From positions 96,001 to 160,000 of the forward strand of contig CAVSAC010000012.1 of assembly GCA_963725865.1 (NCBI GenBank): a DNA stretch of 64,000 bases, in the 5' to 3' direction. Source of the stretch: Candidatus Eiseniibacteriota bacterium (GTDB lineage Bacteria; Eisenbacteria; RBG-16-71-46). Of the stretch, positions 1-11,820 are shown piece by piece. A program made the position numbers and the translations under genes. The notes beneath the pieces are model-generated. The model worked only from the letters and a program-made list of their open reading frames with translations. It ran no database searches and was not told the DNA's origin. Position 1 is the stretch's first letter. Every line of letters begins with the position of its first letter.

Positions 1-621
1 CGGCACCGACAGCGGCTTGGCGTACGAGGGCGAGTACGCCCACGTCATCGCGATCTTCTTGCCCTTCAGCCCGTCGGGGAACACCTGCTTGAGCCACAGC
101 AGGTCGGCGAGCGTCTGGGTCGGATGGTCGATGTCGCACTGCAGGTTCACCACCGGCACCTGGCGCGGATCCGCGGTCGCGGCGAGGTAGTCGCCGATGC
201 CCTTGTGCACCGCGCGCATGAAGCGGTTGCCCTCGCCCAGGATGAGGTCGTGGCGGATGCCGAGCGCGTGCGAGTTCATGCCCAGCATCGCGCCGGTCTC
301 CTCGGCGGTCTCGCCGTGCTCGACCTGGGTCGAGGAGCCGTCCACGATCACCGGCCGCATGCCCAGGCGCGACGCGGCGCCGGCCCACGCCGACTTGGTG
401 CGCGTCGAGTTGTCGAAGAACATCGCGTACGCCAGCTCGTCCGGCAGGAACGCCGCGGAGCGATGCGCGCGGTCGATCGCCTCGAAGCGCGCGGCGACCG
501 CGAGCAGCGTGTCGATCTCGGGAGTGCTCCAGTCGCTCGTCAGCAGCAGGCTGCGCCCGTGCAACGCGTGCAGCACGTCCCCATCGAGGGCCGGCAGGGC
601 CGGGGTGGCGGTCGGATTCAT
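1..621 (-). CDS. ygeW: Knotted carbamoyltransferase YgeW-like (3' end runs off window)
   Basis: Manual translation from ATG at 621: FFDNSTRT, NLQCDIDHPTQ and WAYSPSYAKPLSVP motifs typical of the YgeW subfamily; directly downstream of carbamate kinase. Confidence 0.85.
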   Translation of the reverse strand, partial: MNPTATPALPALDGDVLHALHGRSLLLTSDWSTPEIDTLLAVAARFEAIDRAHRSAAFLPDELAYAMFFDNSTRTKSAWAGAASRLGMRPVIVDGSSTQVEHGETAEETGAMLGMNSHALGIRHDLILGEGNRFMRAVHKGIGDYLAATADPRQVPVVNLQCDIDHPTQTLADLLWLKQVFPDGLKGKKIAMTWAYSPSYAKPLSVP

Positions 622-622
622 G

Positions 623-1594
623 TCACGACTCCTTGCGGATGCGGGTGCCGGCGTTGCCGTCGAAGGCTTCGACGAGCGCCTCGGGATGGCAGACGACGAC
701 CTCCTCGCCGCCGCGCGCGAGGAAGTACAGGGCGGCTTCGATCTTGGGGCCCATGCTGCCGGGCGGGAACTGCTTCGCCGCGGCCATCGCCTGCAGCTCG
801 GAGATGGTGGTCTCGCGCAGCGCGGTGCGCTTGTCGGTGAGGTAGTCGCGGTACACCGCGTCGACGCCGGTCGTGATCACCATGCGCTTGACGCCCAGCC
901 GCACCGCCAGCAGCGCGCTCGCGCGGTCCTTGTCGATGACCGCCTCGAGGCCGCGGATGTGGCCCTCGGCGTCACGCATGACCGGGATGCCGCCGCCGCC
1001 GCACGCGATCACGGTGACGTCGTCGTCGACCAGGCGGCGGATGGTGTCGAGCTGCACGATCTCGATCGGCGCGGGGCTCGCCACCACGCGGCGCCAGCCG
1101 CGGTTGGAGTCCTCGACGATGTCCCAGTGCCGCGCGGCCTTCAGCGCGTTCGCCTCGGCCTCGGTGTAGAACTTGCCGATCGGCTTGGTGGGCTCGTGGA
1201 ACGCCTTGTCGTTCGGGTCGACTTCGACCTCGGTCACGATGGTGGCGACCTCGACCGCGATCCCGCGCTGGCGCAGCACCTCGCGCAGGCCGCGCTGGAT
1301 CATGTAGCCGATCGCGCCCTGCGAGTCGGCGACCAGCGAATCGAGCGGCACCTCGTGGATGTGCTCCTTGGCCATCTCGACCCGCAGCTGCATGAAGCCG
1401 ACCTGCGGGCCGTTGCCGTGCGTGAGCACCAGGTGCTCGCCGCGGCCGATGAGCACGGCGATGGGCGCCACCGCGCGGGCGGTGACGGCGAACTGGTTGG
1501 CGACGGTGGGTGGGAGCTTCGGATCCAGCAGCGAGTTCCCACCCATGGCGATGACGGTGGGAAGTCTATGAGTGCGACCTTGAGTGGTGTGCAT
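623..1594 (-). CDS. arcC: Carbamate kinase (YqeA/ArcC family)
   Basis: [37 protein letters not shown] and GSMGPK motifs; start at 1594 is a guess. Confidence 0.92.
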   Translation of the reverse strand: MHTTQGRTHRLPTVIAMGGNSLLDPKLPPTVANQFAVTARAVAPIAVLIGRGEHLVLTHGNGPQVGFMQLRVEMAKEHIHEVPLDSLVADSQGAIGYMIQRGLREVLRQRGIAVEVATIVTEVEVDPNDKAFHEPTKPIGKFYTEAEANALKAARHWDIVEDSNRGWRRVVASPAPIEIVQLDTIRRLVDDDVTVIACGGGGIPVMRDAEGHIRGLEAVIDKDRASALLAVRLGVKRMVITTGVDAVYRDYLTDKRTALRETTISELQAMAAAKQFPPGSMGPKIEAALYFLARGGEEVVVCHPEALVEAFDGNAGTRIRKES

Positions 1595-1680
1595 AGGCCT
1601 GCGAGTATCGCGCAGGCATGCGAGCACCGGCAAACACCGGCTCCGCTGGCAGGCGTTCCCCGCTAGGAATCGACAAGTCC

Positions 1681-2067
1681 ATGACGACCGCCCACTTCAT
1701 CCTGTACGTCGCCGATCAGCGGCGCAGCAGCGCGTTCTACGAGCGCGTGCTGTCGCTCGCGCCGCGCCTGGACGTGCCGGGGATGACCGAGTTCGCGCTC
1801 GCCGGCGGGGCGGTGCTGGGCCTCATGCCGGAGGCCGGCATCCGGCGGCTGCTGGGCCCGACGCTGCCGGATCCCGGCCTCGCGCGCGGCGTGCCGCGTG
1901 CCGAGCTCTACCTGATCGTGGACGACGCGGCCGCGCATCACGCGCGCGCGCTCGCGGCCGGCGCGCGCGAGCTGAGCGCGCTCGCCGCGCGCGACTGGGG
2001 CCATCGCGCCGCCTACGCGCTCGATCCGGACGGCCACGTGGTCGCGTTCGCGGAGGTCGGATCGTGA
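1681..2067 (+). CDS. VOC/glyoxalase family protein
   Basis: ILYVAD..S..FY N-terminus and [13 protein letters not shown]-terminal motif. Confidence 0.85.
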   Translation: MTTAHFILYVADQRRSSAFYERVLSLAPRLDVPGMTEFALAGGAVLGLMPEAGIRRLLGPTLPDPGLARGVPRAELYLIVDDAAAHHARALAAGARELSALAARDWGHRAAYALDPDGHVVAFAEVGS

Positions 2068-2852
2068 GCGGCGGGCCGCTCGACGTCGTCGCGCACAACC
2101 GCGCCGCGTGGGACCGGCTGGTGGCATCGGGCAACCGCTGGACCGTGCCGGTGGCGCCCGAGGTGATCGCGGCGGCGCGCGCTGGTGCATGGTCGGTGGT
2201 GCTCACACCCGCGAAGCCGGTGCCGCGCGACTGGTTCGGCGAGCTGCGCGATCGCGACCTGCTCGCGCTCGCCTCCGGCGGCGGCCAGCAGGCTCCGGTG
2301 CTCGCCGCGGCCGGCGCGCGCGTCACGGTGTTCGACAACTCGCCGGCCCAGCTCGCGCGCGATCGCGAGGTGGCCGCGCGCGACGGGCTCGCGCTGCGCG
2401 TCGAGCTCGGCGACATGCGCGACCTGTCGCGCTTCGCGGAGGCGTCGTTCGACCTGGTGTTCCACCCGGTCTCGAACGTGTTCTGCCCCGAGATCCGCCC
2501 GGTGTGGCGCGAGTGCTTCCGCGTGCTGCGGCACGGCGGCCGCCTGCTCGCGGGTTTCTGCGACCCGGCGCTCTACATCTTCGACCCCGAGCCGCTCGAG
2601 CGCGGGGAGTTCGTGGTGCGCCACGGCGTGCCCTACTCCGATCTCGCGTCGCTCGCGCCCGCGGAGCTGGCGCGGCGCGTCGCCGCGGGCGAGCCACTCG
2701 AGTTCGGCCACACGCTCGAGGATCAGATCGGCGGCCAGTGCGACGCCGGCTTCGCGATCACCGGCATGTACGGCGACGGCTGGCCCGATCATCCGGCCGG
2801 CGGCCGGATGCCGCTGTTCCTCGCGACCCTGGCGGTCAAGCCCGGGGATTGA
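2064..2852 (+). CDS. Class I SAM-dependent methyltransferase
   Basis: [10 protein letters not shown] motif I, GDMRDL, FDLVFHP, RVLRHGG; GTGA overlap with upstream gene. Confidence 0.88.
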   Translation: MSGGPLDVVAHNRAAWDRLVASGNRWTVPVAPEVIAAARAGAWSVVLTPAKPVPRDWFGELRDRDLLALASGGGQQAPVLAAAGARVTVFDNSPAQLARDREVAARDGLALRVELGDMRDLSRFAEASFDLVFHPVSNVFCPEIRPVWRECFRVLRHGGRLLAGFCDPALYIFDPEPLERGEFVVRHGVPYSDLASLAPAELARRVAAGEPLEFGHTLEDQIGGQCDAGFAITGMYGDGWPDHPAGGRMPLFLATLAVKPGD

Positions 2853-2993
2853 GGCGCCCGCCGTCCGTCCGGGCGGATTCGGGCGGCCGAGCGAATCGGC
2901 TGGCTGCGGAAATACAGGTCGGTGCCGCCGGCCTTGCCCGCCCGTGCCGCGGCCTCTAGCATCGCGGCATTCCTCGCTCCGCCGGAGACCGCC

Positions 2994-4520
2994 ATGCCCG
3001 CCACGACGTTCCCGCCGCTCGTCGATCTCGAGGATGCCGCGCCGCGCTCCGCGGTGGTCACCGCGGGCGCCGCCGAGGAGCGCGCGTTCCTCGACCACCT
3101 GCGCGCCGGCGTGATCGGCGTCGATGCGCGCCTGCACACGCCCGAGGGCGAGCGGCCGCTGCTCTACTTCGACTACGTGGCGTCCGGGCGCTTCCATCGT
3201 GCGGTCGAGGACGAGCTCAACACGCGCGTGCTGCCGTTCATGGCCAACACGCACACCGAGACCTCGGCCACCGGCCGGCTGATGACGCGCTACTACGAGC
3301 AGGCGTTCCGCCGCATCGCCGGGTACGTGAACGCCGACGCCGGCGACGTGGTGCTGCCGGTGGGCTCGGGCTCGACCGGGGCGGTGAACCGGCTCATCCA
3401 GGTCATGGGCCTGCGCATCCCGTCGCAGCTCGACGACCGCTACGCGTTCTCGCGCAGCATCCCCGCGCACGAGCGGCCGGTGGTGTTCCGCAGCCAGATG
3501 GAGCACCACAGCAACGACATCACCTGGCGCGAGACCGTGGCCGAGACGGTCTACGTGGAGTTCGACGCGCACGGCCGCATCTCGGCCGCGCACCTCGACG
3601 CCGCGCTCGATCGCTTCCGCGACCGCCGGCTCAAGATCGGGACGTTCTCCGCGGCCTCGAACGTGACCGGCATCCGCAACGACTGCGCGGCCCTCGCGCG
3701 GGTGCTGCACCGTCACGGGGCGCTCGCGTTCTTCGACTACGCCGCCGCCGGCCCGTACGTGGACATCGACCTGCACCCGGCGCGCGCCGACGGCACGCCC
3801 GACGTCGAGGCGGCGCTGGACGCGGTGTTCCTGTCGACCCACAAGTTCCTCGGCGGCCCGCGCACGCCCGGACTGCTGATCGCGAGCCGGCGGCTGTTCT
3901 CGAACCGCGTGCCGGCCGAGCCCGGCGGCGGCACGGTGCTGTACGTGTCGCCCACCGAGCACGAGTACGTGCAGGACACCTCGCACCGCGAGACCGGCGG
4001 CACGCCGCCGATCGTGGGCGCCATCCAGGCCGGACTGGTGTTCGACCTCAAGCACGCGATCGGCACCGAGCGCATCCGCCGCGTCGATGCCGACTACCTG
4101 CGCCGCGCGCTCGCGGCGTGGACGCGCGACCCGCGGCTGCACATCCTCGGGCACCTCGAGGCCGAGCGCCTCGCGGTGGTGTCGCTGATCGTCGAGGGGC
4201 TCCACCACAACCTGGCGGTGGCGCTGCTGAACGACTACTTCGGCATCCAGGCGCGCGGCGGTTGCATGTGCGCGGGACCCTACGGGCACGAGCTGCTCCA
4301 CATCGACGGCGAGGTCTCCGCCGCGATCAAGCACCAGCTCGAGCTGGGCCACGGCAGCGTCAGGCCCGGCTGGGTGCGCATCTGCTTCTCGCCCGCGACC
4401 AGCGAGCAGGAGTTCCAGACCCTGCTCGAGGCGGTGGCGTGGCTCTCGACCCGCGGACTCGAGCAGGCGGGCCGCTACCGCATGGTGGACGAGACCGGCG
4501 AGTGGCGGCGCGTGGGATGA
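2994..4520 (+). CDS. Aminotransferase class V / cysteine desulfurase-like PLP enzyme
   Basis: YFDYVASG, MEHHSN, SNVTG, STHKFLGGP (PLP lysine), GGTP, RGGCMCAGPY. Confidence 0.88.
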   Translation: MPATTFPPLVDLEDAAPRSAVVTAGAAEERAFLDHLRAGVIGVDARLHTPEGERPLLYFDYVASGRFHRAVEDELNTRVLPFMANTHTETSATGRLMTRYYEQAFRRIAGYVNADAGDVVLPVGSGSTGAVNRLIQVMGLRIPSQLDDRYAFSRSIPAHERPVVFRSQMEHHSNDITWRETVAETVYVEFDAHGRISAAHLDAALDRFRDRRLKIGTFSAASNVTGIRNDCAALARVLHRHGALAFFDYAAAGPYVDIDLHPARADGTPDVEAALDAVFLSTHKFLGGPRTPGLLIASRRLFSNRVPAEPGGGTVLYVSPTEHEYVQDTSHRETGGTPPIVGAIQAGLVFDLKHAIGTERIRRVDADYLRRALAAWTRDPRLHILGHLEAERLAVVSLIVEGLHHNLAVALLNDYFGIQARGGCMCAGPYGHELLHIDGEVSAAIKHQLELGHGSVRPGWVRICFSPATSEQEFQTLLEAVAWLSTRGLEQAGRYRMVDETGEWRRVG

Positions 4521-5761
4521 GGCCGAGCGCTCCGGCAGATCCGGGCGGAGTCGCGCCGGCGCAGGCGCCCGCGGTCGCGTTCATCCTGCGTCTGCTGCGC
4601 GCGCTGCACGCGTACGGCGCGCCCGCGCACCGGCTCGAGGCGGTGGCGCGCTCGCTGGCCGCGCGGCTCGGGCTCGAGGGGCACATCTTCTCGACCCCGA
4701 CCGCGATCATCGCCTCGTTCGCCCCGCCCGAGGAGGGCGTGACCTCGCTGCTGCGCGTGGAGCCGGGCGGCGTGCACCTCGAGAAGCTCGCGCGCCTCGA
4801 TGCGCTCATCGATCGCGTCACCGTGGGCGAGTCCGCTCCCGAGCGGGCGGCGGTCGAGGTCGACGCCATCGTCGGCACGCCCGAGCGCTACGGCGCCGCG
4901 CTGACGCTGGCCTGCTACGGACTCTCGTCCGCCTCGGTGGCGCGCTACTTCGATGGCGGCTGGCGCGAGATGGCGGTGGCGGGCGGCTGTGGGCTGGTCA
5001 CCGGCCTGTGCATGCGGCTGGCCGAGCGCCGCCCGGGATTCGTGCGTGTCGCCGAGCCCGCCGCGGCACTGGCCGTTGCGCTGCTCGCCACGCTCGCGGC
5101 CCGATGGATCGCGCCGCTCTCGCCGCGGCCGGCCGCCATCGCCGGGGTGATCGCGCTGGTGCCGGGTTTCACGGTCACCATCGCGATGACCGAGCTGGGC
5201 ACGCAGCACCTGGTGTCGGGCACCACGCGGCTGGCGGGCGCGACGATGTCGCTCATGACGCTCGGCTTCGGGCTCGCGCTCGGCTTCGGGATCGCGCAGC
5301 GCCTCACCGGCGGGACGCTGCTCGGCGCCACCGCGGCGCTGCCGGCGTGGAGCCTGTGGGCCTGCGTGCCGGTCACGCTGTTCGCGCTCACCGTGACTTT
5401 CCGCGCGGCGCCCGATGCGTTCCCGGCCATCCTCGCGGTGGGCGGACTCGCGTTCGTCGCGGTGCGCGTGGTGGGAGCGGCGTTCGGGCCGGAGCTGGGG
5501 ATGTTCATCGCCGCGTTCCTCGCCGGCTCGGCCGCGAACGTCTACGCCCGCCTCTACCGCCAGCCGGCCGCGGTGCCGCTGGTGCCCGCCATCCTGCTGG
5601 TGGTGCCCGGCAGCCTGGGGCTGCGCTCGTTCACCTCGCTGGCCGAGCACGCGGTGGCGCTCGGCGCCGAACTGTCGTTCCGGCTGGTGCTGCTCGCGTT
5701 CGCGCTGGCCGCTGGACTGGTATTCAGCACCGTCGCGGTGCCGCCGCGGCGATCGCTGTAG
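4517..5761 (+). CDS. ThrE family threonine/serine exporter
   Basis: [13 protein letters not shown]-terminus, LEKL motif, about 10 TM segments, LVPG repeated in both halves. Confidence 0.85.
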   Translation: MRPSAPADPGGVAPAQAPAVAFILRLLRALHAYGAPAHRLEAVARSLAARLGLEGHIFSTPTAIIASFAPPEEGVTSLLRVEPGGVHLEKLARLDALIDRVTVGESAPERAAVEVDAIVGTPERYGAALTLACYGLSSASVARYFDGGWREMAVAGGCGLVTGLCMRLAERRPGFVRVAEPAAALAVALLATLAARWIAPLSPRPAAIAGVIALVPGFTVTIAMTELGTQHLVSGTTRLAGATMSLMTLGFGLALGFGIAQRLTGGTLLGATAALPAWSLWACVPVTLFALTVTFRAAPDAFPAILAVGGLAFVAVRVVGAAFGPELGMFIAAFLAGSAANVYARLYRQPAAVPLVPAILLVVPGSLGLRSFTSLAEHAVALGAELSFRLVLLAFALAAGLVFSTVAVPPRRSL

Positions 5762-5912
5762 CCCGACTCGCGCCGCAGCGGCGCCCGCCCGCCCGGCCGC
5801 TCGCCGGACCCCGATTGCCGCGGCGGCGTCATTCGCGATACGGTTCACGCCCCGTCGCGGCCCCCCACGCGCCACGACCTCGAAGATCCGACGCCCCCGG
5901 AGGGGGCATGAC

Positions 5913-7408
<1,496 letters not shown>

Positions 7409-7412
<4 letters not shown>

Positions 7413-8828
7413 ACGCGCTCGGCGGCGTGCGGCTCGCGTGCGCGGGCTGTGGCGCGGCGGCGCGCGACGAGGACCCGTACCCGTTCCGCTGCGCGCGGGC
7501 GGATGAGGGCGATGTCGATCACGTTCTCGCGCGCACGCTGGTGCCCGGCCAGGTGCCGGCGCCGGCGCCGCACGCGAACCCGTTCGTGCGGTGGCGCGGC
7601 CGCCTGCGCGCGTGGCACCTGGCGCAGGCGGGCGGTCTCGCGGACGCCGACTTCGTCGCGCTGGTCGAGGCGCTCGACGCGCGCGTCGCCGCGGTCGACG
7701 GCCGCGGCTTCCGCGCCACGCCGCTCGCGCGCAGCGAGGTGTTCTCGCGCCGGCTCGGGTTCGCGCCGCGCGGCGGCGTGTGGGTGAAGGACGAGACCGG
7801 CAACGTGGCGGGCTCGCACAAGGCCCGGCACCTGGTTCGGGCTCGCGCTCCATCTCGAGGTGGCCGAGCGCCTCGGGCTCACGACGCGCGCGGAGAGCGA
7901 TCGGCGCGGCCTCGCGATCGCCTCGTGCGGCAACGCCGCGCTGGCCGCCGCGGTGGTGGCGCGCGCCACCGGGCGCCCGCTCGCGGTGTTCGTCCCGACC
8001 GACGCCGATCCGCGCGTGGTCGAGCGGCTCCACGCGCTGGGCGCGCGGATCGAGGTCTGCGAGCGCGCGGGCGGCGGGGCGGGCGACCCGTGCATCCACG
8101 CGTTCCGGCGCGCGGTCGCCGGCGGCGCGCTGCCGTTCTGCGTGCAGGGGAACGAGAACGGCCTCACGGTCGAGGGCGGGATGACGATCGCGTGGGAGCT
8201 GGCGGCCGACCTCGTCCGCCAGGAGGTGCGGCCCGAGCGGCTGTTCGTGCAGGTGGGGGGCGGAGCGCTCGCGAGCGCGTGCGCGCAGGGGTTGGCGGAG
8301 TGCGCGGCGCTCGACGGCGTCACGCTCGCGCCGCGGTTGCACGCGGTGCAGACGCGCGGCGCGATGCCGCTGCGGCGCGCGTTCGACCGCGTGCGCGGGC
8401 GCGCGTTCGGCGACGCCGGCGAGCCGCTGCCGACGCGCCCGGCCGAGGACGAGGCGCTCGCCCGCCAGCTCGCCACGCGGGATTCCGCGCGCGCCGTGCG
8501 CGAGGCGCTCGAGCACGCCCGCACCCACCGCAGCGTCTACATGTGGCCGGTGGAGCAGGCGCCGCACAGCGTCGCGCACGGCATCCTCGACGACGAGACG
8601 TACGACTGGTACGCCATCGTCGCCGCGATGCTCGAAGGCGGCGGCTACCCGGTGACGGCGGACGAGGCCACGCTGCTCGAGGCCGTGGCGCTCGCCGACG
8701 AGGCCGGCTTCCGCGCCGACGCCACCGGCTGCGCCGGCCTCGCGGGGCTGACGACGCTGCGCCGCGCGGGCGTGGTCCGCGACGACGAGCGCGTGGTGGT
8801 GCTGCTGACGGGGGCGCGGCGGGGGTAG
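7409..8828 (+). CDS. Threonine synthase-like PLP enzyme with one apparent +1 frameshift near 7834
   Basis: N-terminal Cxx[16 protein letters not shown] in one frame, continuing as IASCGNA, VQVGGG, LLTG in another; removing one G at 7834-7835 restores the ORF. Confidence 0.78.
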
Positions 8829-8842
8829 GAGGGGCCGCGCGC

Positions 8843-11287
8843 TCACGGCCGCTCCGCTTCGGGTTCGACGCCCAACGTCTCCGCCCGCGCGGCGGCGACG
8901 CTGTCGGCGCGCATCTGGTCCTCGTAGATGCGCTGCCAGTCCATCGCGTGGTCGCGCGTGCACTCGGCGGTGGGCGCGCTGCCCTTCACGAACGGCACCC
9001 GCATCGGCGAGGGGCAGTCACCGCGCGCGCGGCCGCCGGTGAACGGATCGATCCAGACCACTTCGAGATCGTCGCGCGCCGGGAACGGGGCCGGCGGCGA
9101 GTTCTGCGTCATCGCGCGCACGATGCCCGCCCACACCGGGAGCGCCACCTCCGCCGCGGGGCGCTGGAGGTCCCTGGGCGTGTCGTAGCCGACCCACACG
9201 CCGGCCGCGAACTCGCGCGTGAAGCCGACGAACCAGGTGTCGTTGTGATCGTTGGTCGTCCCGGTCTTGCCCGCGACGCCCTGCGTGAATCCGAATCGCG
9301 AGCGCAGCGGATAGCCGACCCCGAAGATCACGACGTCCTCGAGCAGCCCGGTCATCAGCGCCGCCGTGCGCTCGCTGATCACCCGGCTGGGGGCCGGGCG
9401 CGCGTGGAGCAGGTCGCGCCCGCGGCCGTCGAGCGCGGCGCGGACCGGGCTGGGCGCGCGCCACAGCCCGCCGGCGGGGAACACGCCGTAGGCGCCGGTG
9501 AGCGCCAGCAGCGTGACCTCGCTGGTGCCGAGTCCGACGCTGGGCACCGCTTGCGTGTGGCCGAGGCCGAAGCGCTCGCAGTAGCGCGCCACCGTGCCGG
9601 CGCCGATGCGCTCCACCACGTTCGCGGTCGCCACGTTCAGCGAGCGCGCGAGGGCCTTTGCGAGCGTAACGATCTCGTGGTAGTCGCCCTCGTTGTTCTG
9701 CGGCTTCCATGGGCCTTGGGGGGTGGCGAACTCGCGCCGCAGATCGGGCACTGTCGAGGCGGGCGTGAGCGCGGCCCCGCCGCGCGCGGGATCGAGCGCG
9801 GCCGTGTACACGATCGCCTTGATCGCCGAGCCCGGCTGCCGGCGCGCGTGGGTGGCGCGGTTGAAGTCGCCCTCGGTGGGATCGCGTCCGCCGACCATCG
9901 CGCGCACCTCGCCGCGCGCGGGGTCGATCGCCACGAACGCGCCTTGCAGCGGCTCGGCGCCGCGCCCGCGCCAGCGCTCCTGCTCGGCCACGCCGGCGGC
10001 GAGCTGGCGCTCCGCGGCCGCCTGCCACACCGGGTCGACGGTGGTCATGAGCGCCAGCCCGCCGCCGATCGCGGTCGCGCGCGGCAGCGCGGCGCGCACC
10101 TGCTCGCGCAGGTAGCCGGTGAACGACGGGAAGCGCTCGGCGGGCGGGGGGCCGCGATGCACCACGAGTGGCTCGGTCCGCACGCGAGCGGCCGCGGCCG
10201 CCTCAAGTGCTCCGGTCTGCACCATGTCGACCAGCACGGCGTCGCGCCGCTGGCGCGCGGCGCGCGGATTGCGGAACGGCGAGTACGCGTTGGGCGCCGG
10301 GATGATGCCGGCGAGCAGCGCCGCCTGCGCCACGGTGAGCGACTCGACCGGCGCGTCGAAGTAGAAGCGTGCCGCCTCGGCCGCGCCCGCCACGCCGCCG
10401 CGCGCGTCCTGTCCCCAGTAGACCGAGTTCAGGTACATCTCGAGGATCTGGTCCTTCGAGAGCAGGATCTCCAGGCCCGCCGCCAGAAAGATCTCCCGCA
10501 CCTTGCGGTCGAACGTGCGCTGGCGGCCGAGGAACAGCCCGCGCGCCAGCTGCTGCGTGATGGTGCTGCCGCCCTGGCGCACGGCGCCCGCCTCGACGTT
10601 GGTGAGCAGCGCGCGCAAGTTCGACTTGAGGTCGAAGCCCAGGTGCGAGCGGAAGCGTCGGTCCTCCGACGCCACCACCGCGTCGCGCAGCGCGCGTGGG
10701 ATGCGTTCGAGTGGCACCCACGAGCGGCGCACGCGGTCGCGATCGAGCAGCAGCGCGACCAGCACAGGCTCCAGGCGCGCCGGCCGCGCGGTGTCCGGCG
10801 GGAGCGCGCCCGGCAGCCCGCCGAGCCGCTCGAGTGCTGCGAGCCGACCCTCCGCGATGCGCAGGCGCACCCGCTCCGGCCCGCCGTGGCCGGCGGGATC
10901 GGGCGCGTCGTGGAAGCCGTTCAGCAGGATCTCGGCGCGCGCGCCGTCGAGCGCGTAGGTGCCCGGCCGCACCAGCGGCGGGCGCGCGGTCTGATAGCCG
11001 CGGGCCGCGAGCGCGGCGCGCAGGTAGTCGGGCGACAGCGTGCGGCCCGGCACCAGGTCCACGCCGTCCGAGTACACGCGGGAGGGGAACACCCACGCGG
11101 GCCCGGTCGCGTGGCGATCGCGCAGCGCGCCGAGCTTGAGCGCGAATCCGATGAACGACGCGATCAGCGCGAGCGGGATCAGCGCGAGCAGGCCGAGCAC
11201 CAGCGCGCGACGGCGGCCCGGCGGCGGCAGGCGGCGCGCCAGGCGCGAGGACGGCGAGCGGATCGCGGTGACGAAGGTGGGTTCCAA
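8843..11287 (-). CDS. mrcB: Class A penicillin-binding protein 1B (transglycosylase/transpeptidase)
   Basis: TM anchor, UB2H-like region, SEDRRF, GGSTITQQ, RKVRE, YLN; transpeptidase motifs SAIK, SLN, KTG. Confidence 0.9.
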   Translation of the reverse strand: MEPTFVTAIRSPSSRLARRLPPPGRRRALVLGLLALIPLALIASFIGFALKLGALRDRHATGPAWVFPSRVYSDGVDLVPGRTLSPDYLRAALAARGYQTARPPLVRPGTYALDGARAEILLNGFHDAPDPAGHGGPERVRLRIAEGRLAALERLGGLPGALPPDTARPARLEPVLVALLLDRDRVRRSWVPLERIPRALRDAVVASEDRRFRSHLGFDLKSNLRALLTNVEAGAVRQGGSTITQQLARGLFLGRQRTFDRKVREIFLAAGLEILLSKDQILEMYLNSVYWGQDARGGVAGAAEAARFYFDAPVESLTVAQAALLAGIIPAPNAYSPFRNPRAARQRRDAVLVDMVQTGALEAAAAARVRTEPLVVHRGPPPAERFPSFTGYLREQVRAALPRATAIGGGLALMTTVDPVWQAAAERQLAAGVAEQERWRGRGAEPLQGAFVAIDPARGEVRAMVGGRDPTEGDFNRATHARRQPGSAIKAIVYTAALDPARGGAALTPASTVPDLRREFATPQGPWKPQNNEGDYHEIVTLAKALARSLNVATANVVERIGAGTVARYCERFGLGHTQAVPSVGLGTSEVTLLALTGAYGVFPAGGLWRAPSPVRAALDGRGRDLLHARPAPSRVISERTAALMTGLLEDVVIFGVGYPLRSRFGFTQGVAGKTGTTNDHNDTWFVGFTREFAAGVWVGYDTPRDLQRPAAEVALPVWAGIVRAMTQNSPPAPFPARDDLEVVWIDPFTGGRARGDCPSPMRVPFVKGSAPTAECTRDHAMDWQRIYEDQMRADSVAAARAETLGVEPEAERP

Positions 11288-11354
11288 CGGATCGGTCTCC
11301 GGTTCGGGCCGGCAGTCTAGCGGCGCGGGGGGGCCGCACGCTATGCTGCGTCAC

Positions 11355-11729
11355 ATGACCTTCACTCGGATCGGCGCGCTCTCGGCGTTCGTGGCGGTCG
11401 CCGCCGGAGCGTTCGGCGCGCACGCACTGCGCGCGCGGCTGGCGCCCGACCTGCTCGCGGTGTTCGAGACCGGCGCGCGCTACCAGCTGTTCCACGCCCT
11501 CGCGCTGCTGGTCGTGGGCCTGATGCTCGAGCGCGCCCGCAGCCGCGCGCTGAACGCCGCGGGCGGGCTGTTCGTCGCCGGCACGGTGCTGTTCTCGGGC
11601 AGCCTGTACGCGCTCGCGCTCACCGGCGCGCGCGCGTGGGGCGCGGTCACGCCGCTGGGTGGTCTCGGCTTCCTCGCGGGCTGGCTGTGTCTCGCGATCG
11701 GCGCGGGGCGGCCGCGCCCGGCGGCCTGA
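11355..11729 (+). CDS. DUF423 (YgdD/TMEM256) small membrane protein
   Basis: GAFGAH, YQLFHA, LFSGSLY, TPLGG motifs. Confidence 0.9.
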   Translation: MTFTRIGALSAFVAVAAGAFGAHALRARLAPDLLAVFETGARYQLFHALALLVVGLMLERARSRALNAAGGLFVAGTVLFSGSLYALALTGARAWGAVTPLGGLGFLAGWLCLAIGAGRPRPAA

Positions 11730-11820
11730 GCCGCCGCTCCCCGGGCGCTCGACCGGCCGTCGCCGGCGCTGGGCGGAGTGGGGCATTTCCCCGCGGCCCG
11801 TGCTGTGGCAGAGTCCGCGC